This document shows, piece by piece, positions 1 to 7,737 of a stretch of 64,000 bases of DNA. A model generated the notes under the pieces. That model searched no databases. It was not told the origin of the DNA and was given only the letters and a program-made list of their open reading frames with translations. Numbering within the stretch: position 1 is the stretch's first letter; the number at the start of each line of letters is the position of its first letter. Origin of the DNA: a virus (taxonomy: Duplodnaviria; Caudoviricetes); IMG/VR virus record IMGVR_UViG_3300007171_000004, positions 32,001 through 96,000 of that record. One strand, given 5' to 3'. The position numbers were made by a program, and so were the translations under genes.

Positions 1-576
1 CCAAAGTGGCTTAATGTCCCAGGAGAAATGGATTACTTAGGTCGTGGTGTAACTTCATGTGCTACTTGTGATGGTTTTTTCTACAAGGGTAAGCAAGTGG
101 TAGTAGTTGGTGCTGGCGATACTGCTATGGAAGAAGCACTATATTTAAGTAAAATTTGTTCTTCAGTTCAGTTGCTAAATCGTTCTTCATCTTATAAGGC
201 ATCAAAGATTATGGTAGATAAGGTTTTTAAGACAGAAAATATCACTGTGCATGAAAACACTTCTATCAGACAAATTATTGGAGATGATAAAGTTAATGCA
301 GTTATTCTTCATAATAACGTTTCTGATACTGAATCTCTATTATCTACAAGTGGTGTTTTTGTAGCTATTGGAAATACACCTAATAGTAATCTTGTGAAGC
401 ATCTTGGAATTGTAGGAGTAGATGGATATATTGATTCATGCAATACTACTACAGCTTTAAAGGGATTTTTTGCTGCTGGAGATGTTACTGATAGGCATTA
501 TAAGCAAGCTATCACATCGGCAGGATCAGGTTGTATGGCAGCTTTAGAGGCAGAGAGATATATTAATTCTCTTTAA
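1..576 (+). CDS. trxB: Thioredoxin-disulfide reductase, 5'-truncated by the window edge
   Basis: Frame is open from base 1 (PKWLNVPGEMDYLGRG...). CATC redox motif (GVTSCATCDG), NADPH-binding VVVVGAGDTAMEEA, C-terminal FAAGDV...QAITSAGSGCMAA. Confidence 0.95.
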   Translation, partial: PKWLNVPGEMDYLGRGVTSCATCDGFFYKGKQVVVVGAGDTAMEEALYLSKICSSVQLLNRSSSYKASKIMVDKVFKTENITVHENTSIRQIIGDDKVNAVILHNNVSDTESLLSTSGVFVAIGNTPNSNLVKHLGIVGVDGYIDSCNTTTALKGFFAAGDVTDRHYKQAITSAGSGCMAALEAERYINSL

Positions 577-1102
577 ACCATACAACTAGATATTCTTCCT
601 CTAAACATGAGATTGCTAAGTTTTCTAATTGTAAAAGAATTTCCACGACTTCTTGATTAGTGCCAAATAAATCTTCTGTTATTAGGATTGTTGAATTAAG
701 TTTTTGTTCAAACTTTTCTGGGTGCATTTTTCCTTCGAGAGATAACCCCATTTGTTTTAAGATATCTGAAGCTACAAAAGGATCTACTTCAACTTTAAGA
801 TAGTCTGTTAATGGTTTATATTTAGTAAGTGTGATAACTAAAATTTCATAGTCTTCATCATCGTAGAGATGAAATTTTTTAAACTCACCTTGATCCAAAT
901 TTACGTTGAAACCAAAATCTTTTAAAAACATTCCCCAATAACTTAATGGCATAGGAAATGGGAATTCAGATTTTAAAAACTTCATTAAATTTTCAGGAAT
1001 TTTAGCGTTTGAATTTAAAATCTTATATGTCATGATCCAGGTTGTATTTTCAAATTCTTTTTTCTTATCAAATACCTGGGCTTTGAATACTATTTTTGCC
1101 AT
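563..1102 (-). CDS. Hypothetical protein (179 aa)
   Basis: Long ORF converging on trxB; no recognisable motif. Confidence 0.75.
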   Translation of the reverse strand: MAKIVFKAQVFDKKKEFENTTWIMTYKILNSNAKIPENLMKFLKSEFPFPMPLSYWGMFLKDFGFNVNLDQGEFKKFHLYDDEDYEILVITLTKYKPLTDYLKVEVDPFVASDILKQMGLSLEGKMHPEKFEQKLNSTILITEDLFGTNQEVVEILLQLENLAISCLEEEYLVVWFKEN

Positions 1103-1114
1103 GGGATATAGTAA

Positions 1115-1144
1115 ACCCCCCTAAGAAATTAATCCTAGAGGGGT
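1115..1144 (-). terminator. 12-bp hairpin (2 G-U pairs) in the intergenic gap; terminator or RBS-sequestering stem
   Basis: Minus strand reads ACCCCTCTAGGA-TTAATT-TCTTAGGGGGGT, followed only by a short TTACT tail. Confidence 0.45.
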
Positions 1145-1152
1145 GTCTTTCG

Positions 1153-1686
1153 TTAAGGTTTATAAAGCTCTACGAATCTTACAAGGAAAGCTCTCATTGC
1201 AAGAAGATTTGGCTTACTTGACATTGCTTTAAGTTCTGTCATAGCCTTGAAATACAAATCAGACTTAAATGCTTGAAGAACATTGCTAGTAATTTCTTCT
1301 GATGTTGGAGCTTCTACAGGTTTAACTTCTGCAAGAGCTTCATCAATCATTTTTGTAACTTCTGCATCTTCTTCGGTGTCATATTCCTTAATTGCATGTT
1401 GAACATAATCAGATACAAATTCCTTAGTTGCTGCCTCTGTACGAACAACATGAACAATCATATCTAACATTTCTTGTCGCATGTTATCATAAGGTGCTGG
1501 ATCAATAATTGCTGGCTTTTGATCAATCATATCCTTAACTTGCTCATATGAAAGACCCTTAGGAGCTTCAGCAATCATTTGGCTCACTTTTTGCATATGA
1601 GCTTCAAGAATTTTGTTTACATCCTCTTTAGTATAGAATTCAACTTCAGGCTCACTACTACGATTAAATAAATTAAAAAGACCCAT
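1153..1686 (-). CDS. Hypothetical helical protein (177 aa)
   Basis: ORF with TAATG stop/start overlap to the upstream gene. Confidence 0.75.
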   Translation of the reverse strand: MGLFNLFNRSSEPEVEFYTKEDVNKILEAHMQKVSQMIAEAPKGLSYEQVKDMIDQKPAIIDPAPYDNMRQEMLDMIVHVVRTEAATKEFVSDYVQHAIKEYDTEEDAEVTKMIDEALAEVKPVEAPTSEEITSNVLQAFKSDLYFKAMTELKAMSSKPNLLAMRAFLVRFVELYKP

Positions 1687-2159
1687 TAAAATCTTCTCCC
1701 TCCATTCATATTACCTCCAAAACGTGTGCCTTGATTAATAAAAAGAATTTGACCAAGAACAGATTGTAAGTCAAATGGATCAATGTGGTTCAATCTAATA
1801 ATCTGAAATGAATTTGTTTTTGGATTTTCAGGAATAGGATCAGGACCAGCAGTTTGAGGGATAGGTGTGATGATTCTCTGCTTTACAATCCATACATCAT
1901 TTTCTTTAATATAGGTGAGAGGAATTGTAGCAGCTCTCATGACAAGTTTAAGAGAATTTTCAAAAGGCTGATCTTCTAATTTCATTGTTACAAAACCAGC
2001 TACAGTATTTTCGATAACATAATTTTTGATTCCAGCTTGTTTGAACATCATCTCTAAAGTTGTTCTCACTGGTGCATCTTTTAAATCTACAGAAATATTT
2101 TGAGCGAAAGAAGAAGCTGCTAAAAAGAAGAAACAAAAGGATAGGATTAATTTTTTCAT
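1686..2159 (-). CDS. Secreted STN / secretin N0-like domain protein with the start of an N1-like segment and no secretin barrel
   Basis: Signal peptide MKKLILSFCFFFLAASSFA-Q. ISVDLKDAPVRTTLEMMFKQAG...VAGFVTMKLEDQPFENSLKLVM matches the STN/N0 pattern; QIIRLNHIDPFDLQSVLG resembles a secretin N1 start. Confidence 0.7.
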   Translation of the reverse strand: MKKLILSFCFFFLAASSFAQNISVDLKDAPVRTTLEMMFKQAGIKNYVIENTVAGFVTMKLEDQPFENSLKLVMRAATIPLTYIKENDVWIVKQRIITPIPQTAGPDPIPENPKTNSFQIIRLNHIDPFDLQSVLGQILFINQGTRFGGNMNGGRRF

Positions 2160-2488
2160 GGTTTTTTGTCCTTAAGAATTACTGTTACAAAATCTTTCTT
2201 TTCAGTAAATTTAAATTCAACATTATAAAACATAGATAGTAAATTTACAGATTGATCTACTGTCTTATTCTTGAATTGGAAGTTCTTTCTCTCCATCTTT
2301 TCAATCTTTTCGTCAATGTAAAAATCTGTAATATTCGCTTGCTTAAAAAAACCTTCAATGACTCCAGTAGCATTTCTATAATAATTGGAAGAAATTGATA
2401 CTAGGATTTCCTTCTTTGGTTTTTGATCCTGAGAAAACACTGGAGAAGAAACGATTAAAAAGAGAGCAATAATAGATAAAAATTTCAT
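2156..2488 (-). CDS. Secreted STN-like paralog (110 aa)
   Basis: Signal peptide MKFLSIIALFLIVSSPVFS-Q. FKQANITDFYID aligns with FKQAGIKNYVIE of the neighbouring gene; F-KNKTVDQSVNLL fits STN. Confidence 0.55.
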   Translation of the reverse strand: MKFLSIIALFLIVSSPVFSQDQKPKKEILVSISSNYYRNATGVIEGFFKQANITDFYIDEKIEKMERKNFQFKNKTVDQSVNLLSMFYNVEFKFTEKKDFVTVILKDKKP

Positions 2489-2567
2489 AATTTTTCCTTA
2501 AACCTATAACTAGATAATAGGCTTGTACAAGAGGATTAGACCGTTTAAAATAAAAAGGCTTCATAAA

Positions 2568-2915
2568 ATGCATGTGTCAGATTTAGATTCAAAAATATAT
2601 GGCGAGAAATTAGTGAAGAAGATTTTGAGTAGTGAAATTGATATAAATAATTTGATTATCGAACCTAAATCTTTAGCATTATTTGAAAAAACACAATCTG
2701 GAATATTAAAGTTCCATGGCTGTTCTTTATGTTTCAATTCACAGGTTACATTAAACTCTTTGGGAAAACCTATGATAGATGATGAAGAATTGTTAGGTTC
2801 TGAAAATGTACCTGAAACAGAAATTTTGTCAGATCAGATAAGAATTAATATGTGGTTCTGTCCTAAATGCAACAATCTTATAGAATCTTTAATGCCAGAA
2901 AGCTTGAGGAAATAA
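2568..2915 (+). CDS. Hypothetical protein with two CxxC pairs (putative Zn ribbon)
   Basis: GCSLC and WFCPKC. ATG at 2568 preferred over the track's TTG at 2523. Confidence 0.65.
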   Translation: MHVSDLDSKIYGEKLVKKILSSEIDINNLIIEPKSLALFEKTQSGILKFHGCSLCFNSQVTLNSLGKPMIDDEELLGSENVPETEILSDQIRINMWFCPKCNNLIESLMPESLRK

Positions 2916-3344
2916 ATGTCAGCTTACAAAAAAATAGAATGTGAATTTAAAGATCGTGAAACTCTTTTAGAAGCTTTAGATTTTTTAGAATTAGATTATA
3001 GACAATATGATAATCCAGAGAATCTTAAAGGCTGGAAAAATGATATTAGAAATGAAAAAGCTCATATCATTGTGCCTAAAGAAACATTAAATAAATTTCT
3101 CACAGGAGCTTCTAATGATCTTGGATTTTTATGGAACGAAGAAGAGAAAAGATTTGAGATGATTTGTTCTCAATATGATCAATCCAAGAATGTTGACAAG
3201 AAAATTATTCAATCATATGCGAAATCGGCTATGGAAAAAGTGCTTAAAGAAAATGGATTTAAGACAAAAGTTTCAATTCGCAAAGAAGATTTATTGAGCA
3301 AGAAAATGCAAGAATTAAAAATGACTGTGAGAAAAATTGTATGA
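2916..3344 (+). CDS. DUF1257 (Ycf35-like) protein
   Basis: MSAY..IECEFKDRETLLEAL..L...AHIIVP...SNDLGFLWN...FEMI pattern; adjacent to a DUF2997-like gene as is usual for this family. Confidence 0.75.
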   Translation: MSAYKKIECEFKDRETLLEALDFLELDYRQYDNPENLKGWKNDIRNEKAHIIVPKETLNKFLTGASNDLGFLWNEEEKRFEMICSQYDQSKNVDKKIIQSYAKSAMEKVLKENGFKTKVSIRKEDLLSKKMQELKMTVRKIV

Positions 3345-3547
3345 AAGAGGTAGACTTAGAAATAACAATCCTTGAAAATGGAGAAATCAAAATTGTTCCT
3401 AAGGGTACAGCTGGCAAGGAATGTTTAGATATCATGGCTTTTTTAGATAAAGTGCCTGGATTAACTGTCAAGGAAACCACCCCTAATAAAGACATGAATA
3501 AGATTAACCCACAAACAGCTGTACAAATTCAAAATAGGAGAAAATAG
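3341..3547 (+). CDS. DUF2997-like small protein
   Basis: ITILENGEIKIVPKGTAGKECL matches the DUF2997 pattern (I..DG.V.i.v.G..G..C); ATGA overlap with the DUF1257 gene. Confidence 0.7.
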   Translation: MKEVDLEITILENGEIKIVPKGTAGKECLDIMAFLDKVPGLTVKETTPNKDMNKINPQTAVQIQNRRK

Positions 3548-4162
3548 ATGAATAAAGTTAAAGAATTTGCATGGAAATTATTGTCTACAGATAAGTTCAA
3601 TGATTTCTCTGCTTTAGCTGTAAAATCCCCTGGTCCTGTTGCAAGAAGAGCTGCTGAAGATTGTCAAAGAGATGATGTTTTAGCTGTTCGTGAAGAAGGT
3701 AACAATAGAGGCAGATGGGTTTTGGAATATCTTAAATCTGTATTCCTTGGACCGGGAAATCCTTGGTGTCAAGCTTTTGTTGTTTATAGATTAATTAAGG
3801 CTGCACATGCATTAATCATTAACATTCCCAAAGAATTTCCTCGCACTGGATCTTGCACCGTATCTGTAAAATGGGCTCAATCTGCTGGACATTTTATTCC
3901 AAGAGCTGATATTGAATTAAAAAGAACTAAGGTGCAGGTGGGAGATATTGCTTATTTCTGGTTCCCTAATCTTGGTCGTTGGGGTCACACTGGAATTGTT
4001 GTAGAAGTTAAACCTGATGGATCTTTTGTAACTGTCGAAGGAAACACTGGCCCATCTCCGTCCTCTGAAGATGTTGTTAGAGAAGGACAAGGCGTTTATT
4101 TGAAGTCTCGTACTCTTAAAAGCCTTGGAGTTCTTGGTGGTTTCATGCGTCTTCCATATTAA
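3548..4162 (+). CDS. CHAP-domain peptidoglycan hydrolase (endolysin-like)
   Basis: NPWCQAFV (catalytic Cys), WGHTGIVVEV (catalytic His), TVEGNT. Confidence 0.85.
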   Translation: MNKVKEFAWKLLSTDKFNDFSALAVKSPGPVARRAAEDCQRDDVLAVREEGNNRGRWVLEYLKSVFLGPGNPWCQAFVVYRLIKAAHALIINIPKEFPRTGSCTVSVKWAQSAGHFIPRADIELKRTKVQVGDIAYFWFPNLGRWGHTGIVVEVKPDGSFVTVEGNTGPSPSSEDVVREGQGVYLKSRTLKSLGVLGGFMRLPY

Positions 4163-4973
4163 AATACAAGATTTCTTCCTTATTCTTATCTAAAGGCTTG
4201 GCTAAAACCAGGCCTTTTTTATTTACTATTTCAGAAGAACCCCTAAAATATAATCCTGGAAATAACCATCCACAACAATAAGGTCTTAAAATTGGAACAT
4301 TATTTTCTTTAGCTCTGTCTCTATGTGGGGTTTCTTTAGATTCGTCAAAAGGATACCAAGGAAATAATCTAAATCCATTACTAGGAACAAGAATAACTTC
4401 AGCCCCATTCTCAACAAGATCTTTAATATATTGAGGATCATTTACATCAAAACAAATAGCTAATCCGACTTTTGTATCATCAATTAAAACAGGTACAGGA
4501 TTATAAACACCCTTAACACCCCAAGCTTTTTCTATACCAACAAGCTTATATTTAAATCGCTTTTCAACTAAATTTCCATCTCTATCATAAAAAGAACAAA
4601 CATTATATAATTTATTGTCAATCTTTTCATAATAAGATCCTGAACAGATATTAATATTATATTCTTTAGATAATTTAGAAAATGCTGATTCTATAATATC
4701 TTTTTGATTCTTTGTAGCAATTAAAGATGTCATCCAAGAAAGATTAAATTTTGTTATTAAGAATTCAAATGCATGTTCTAAGACAGGTTTGATACTTTTT
4801 ATCCCAAATTTATCATATTTTGTCCATAAAACACATAAGTTAATATCTTCTGGAAATACAATAAGATCAGATTGCTTTTCTTTTGCTTGTTCCACTAGAT
4901 TTTCCATGTGTTTATAAAAATCAGAATAATTGATATATTGATTTAAATTTAATTGAACGATAGCTATTTTCAT
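4143..4973 (-). CDS. Carbon-nitrogen hydrolase (nitrilase superfamily)
   Basis: MKIAIVQ start and Glu-Lys-Cys triad motifs LIVFPE, KYKL, GLAICFD. Confidence 0.9.
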   Translation of the reverse strand: MKIAIVQLNLNQYINYSDFYKHMENLVEQAKEKQSDLIVFPEDINLCVLWTKYDKFGIKSIKPVLEHAFEFLITKFNLSWMTSLIATKNQKDIIESAFSKLSKEYNINICSGSYYEKIDNKLYNVCSFYDRDGNLVEKRFKYKLVGIEKAWGVKGVYNPVPVLIDDTKVGLAICFDVNDPQYIKDLVENGAEVILVPSNGFRLFPWYPFDESKETPHRDRAKENNVPILRPYCCGWLFPGLYFRGSSEIVNKKGLVLAKPLDKNKEEILYFNMEDA

Positions 4974-5041
4974 ATAGATTTAATTCAAAGAAGATGTTAG
5001 ACAAACTTTGTAGAAATATTAATATTACAGGAGATTTTATT

Positions 5042-5899
5042 ATGGATCCAGATGCTATTAATTTTACGATTGAAGTACCCATTAGAATAGATGATGCAAA
5101 TGATGTTATGAATGCTTTCGCTACATCTTATGGGTATTCAGAAACAGTGGAAGTGGGACAAGGAATTACACAACCTAACCCTATTTCTAAAGAGGTTTTT
5201 GTTTCTCAGTGTGTAGAGAACTTTGTTATGAATGTTCTTAAAGCTCACATGGTAAAGAAAGAATTTGAATTAGCTAAAAACGAAGCTGAACAATTAGCTG
5301 CACAAAGACAATTAGATGCAGCTCAGTGGTTTGATGCTAGAAGAATTGAAGCTATTAGACCAAGTATTAATAGTGGAGATATTATTATTGATGAAGATAC
5401 TAGTGGAGATTTTGTAGCTGTTAGTGTAGATCCTAATGGCAAATCTTTAACTTATTCTGTTAGTGTGCAACCTCTACATGGATCTGTAAGTGTTGTTGAT
5501 TCTACTTTTACTTACACCCCTAATACTAACTACTTTGGAACAGATACATTTTCGATAGTAGCTTCTAATGATATCTGCTCTTCTGAAAATGGTATGGTTA
5601 ATGTTGTTGTGAATGCTGTTCCTGATGTTCTTACAGTTGATAGTTTCTCTGGTAATTTAGATAAAAACACTTCTATTGATTTAGAGCTTACTGGTGTCGA
5701 TCTTGATGGTGAAGTATTTGATTATGTAGTCGTAGATAATCCTACTCATGGTGTTTTATCGGGAACTGCTCCTTTATTAACATACACTCCTGAAGCTGAT
5801 TATGTTGGAGTTGATTCCTTTACTTATAAAATCACAAATGCTACTGAAGAATCTGCTCTCGGTACAGTTACTTTGAATGTAAATGAGGTCGTATTATGA
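5042..5899 (+). CDS. Virion-type protein with two C-terminal cadherin-like / Big_9 Ig repeats
   Basis: Repeats QPLHGSV...FTYTPNTNYFGTDTFSI and NPTHGVL...LTYTPEADYVGVDSFTY. AGGAG RBS precedes ATG 5042. Confidence 0.8.
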   Translation: MDPDAINFTIEVPIRIDDANDVMNAFATSYGYSETVEVGQGITQPNPISKEVFVSQCVENFVMNVLKAHMVKKEFELAKNEAEQLAAQRQLDAAQWFDARRIEAIRPSINSGDIIIDEDTSGDFVAVSVDPNGKSLTYSVSVQPLHGSVSVVDSTFTYTPNTNYFGTDTFSIVASNDICSSENGMVNVVVNAVPDVLTVDSFSGNLDKNTSIDLELTGVDLDGEVFDYVVVDNPTHGVLSGTAPLLTYTPEADYVGVDSFTYKITNATEESALGTVTLNVNEVVL

Positions 5900-6195
5900 A
5901 TCCAACTATAGCTTTTACAGTTACAATTCCAATTAAAAATTCTGATGCTGCAAATATCAAAGAAGCGTTTGCAACACAATATAATTTTAAGCCTCAGGTA
6001 ACAGATTCTTTGGGAAATGTTTTATATATCACTGAAGAATTGTTTATTGAAGATACTGTAGCTTATTTTATTATGAATGTTACAAAAGATTATTTAGTTA
6101 AGATGGCTGCTGAAGGTGCTGCTGACACTGCAAGATCTTCTGCTGAATTATATGCTAATAATCTTAAAGCATGGTTTGAAAGCCAAAGAAGCTAA
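5896..6195 (+). CDS. Stand-alone paralog of the N-terminal domain of the upstream Ig protein
   Basis: FTVTIPI..D...EAFATQY...FI...V..FIMNV aligns with FTIEVPI..D...NAFATSY...FV...V..FVMNV. Confidence 0.7.
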   Translation: MNPTIAFTVTIPIKNSDAANIKEAFATQYNFKPQVTDSLGNVLYITEELFIEDTVAYFIMNVTKDYLVKMAAEGAADTARSSAELYANNLKAWFESQRS

Positions 6196-7736
6196 GATAT
6201 TGTAGGTATTCTTCTTCTAGGGGTTGGATCTTTGAAGCCGAGGATCCATCCCCTTCTTGCTGTTGCATTGGCTACATCAAGATTTACATTATATCCTGGT
6301 CTACTTCCAAAATTAGATATTGTCCCTGAAATTAAATCTTCAATCGATCCTGCATTATTTCTACCAATTGTAATACCATTCGTAGATATTTTATTAAATA
6401 CATTTGTGGGAGTCACATTGTCTGCTTCTCCAAATGTAAGACATAATTGTCTAGGATAGTAATAATTATATCCAGCAGCAGACACGGCTGTTGTAGCGTT
6501 TCCTGTTAATGTCAAAGAAGTATCATTTGTAACACTGCTTACTGTACCAATTACTGAATTACTTAATGAATATAAAATATCACCATAATTAAACTGTTTA
6601 AATGTTGTACTTGTACCAGTAACTGTTGTAGAATTTGTAGCAGAAGTAATAGTGCCTGTTCCAACATTATAAGGAGCTGTATTAGCTTCAGAGACAAATA
6701 AGTTCACTGACTCACAATCTGGAGATGTTTGGCTAGAAGTTGCTGGTGCATCAGATGTGGTTCCAGTCAAAGCTCCCATTACAAATTGTGGAACTGAGCC
6801 ACTAGATCCAAAATAATTAAATTGATCTCCTGTTGATGTTCCCGAAGCATAATCTGTCAACATAAAATCGTTTCCACTTGAGCCTTTGAGAGCAAACCAT
6901 AATAAATTATTACTTGTACCTGTTGCAGATATTAAAGTACTTGTTATAGTGAACCCATTGGCATCCCAAGATGTTACCGCATATGTATTTAAGGCACCTG
7001 CAGCAGTCGATACAGATGCAGCACAAGATGTGGAAGATGCATAAGTATGGGTTTGAGTTGATAAACCTGTGCCACGATCTGTGCATCTATATGCTATTGT
7101 TGATTGTTTCGTTGATGGTAATCTTACTGCTGCTCCGAGACTAAACCTAGTTTGAGTAGTTTGGCTTGCGTTAGCTGCAACTTCAACAAAATTAGTTATT
7201 ATGCAATCTGGAGTGAAATTTAATGTTGATATGCTAGCGGTATTATTTGTAGCAGTCCCTAAAGCTAAGTTCCCAACACCTACTGTCAAATCACTACCTG
7301 TAAAAAATATACATATTAGATCTAAATTAATATTTGCTTGAGGTGTTGTGGTTGTAAAAGTAAGACCTGCAGAGCCATTGCTGAATGAAACAGCAGTGCA
7401 TTGATAGTAATTTGTACCAGCATTGTTTGTAGCTCTAATAAATCTAGTATTATCATTTCTTCTGGCATATGAAGTTGGTGTAATTCCATCTAAAGTTGTC
7501 ATCCACTGGGATCTGACTAAAATCGTAGAAGTTCCATCACCTGCAGGACCGGCTATTCCTACACCTAAATTTCTAACAGATGTAGAAGTGTCATATGATC
7601 CAGTATTAGCATTACATTCCGTATAATAACAGATCATAGCTTTAGGAGTGCCAAAACCTGGTTCTGTATATATAGTGACAGTTCCATTTACCGCTTCTGA
7701 TGTAAGAACTCTTCTTCTAACTGTACAAACTTTCAA
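6192..7736 (-). CDS. Thr/Ser/Gly-rich virion structural (tail fibre-associated) protein
   Basis: Beta-rich composition; GTITSATNSTTVTGTSTTF module; TTG start after a GAGG RBS. Confidence 0.65.
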   Translation of the reverse strand: MKVCTVRRRVLTSEAVNGTVTIYTEPGFGTPKAMICYYTECNANTGSYDTSTSVRNLGVGIAGPAGDGTSTILVRSQWMTTLDGITPTSYARRNDNTRFIRATNNAGTNYYQCTAVSFSNGSAGLTFTTTTPQANINLDLICIFFTGSDLTVGVGNLALGTATNNTASISTLNFTPDCIITNFVEVAANASQTTQTRFSLGAAVRLPSTKQSTIAYRCTDRGTGLSTQTHTYASSTSCAASVSTAAGALNTYAVTSWDANGFTITSTLISATGTSNNLLWFALKGSSGNDFMLTDYASGTSTGDQFNYFGSSGSVPQFVMGALTGTTSDAPATSSQTSPDCESVNLFVSEANTAPYNVGTGTITSATNSTTVTGTSTTFKQFNYGDILYSLSNSVIGTVSSVTNDTSLTLTGNATTAVSAAGYNYYYPRQLCLTFGEADNVTPTNVFNKISTNGITIGRNNAGSIEDLISGTISNFGSRPGYNVNLDVANATARRGWILGFKDPTPRRRIPTIS

Positions 7737-7737
7737 A

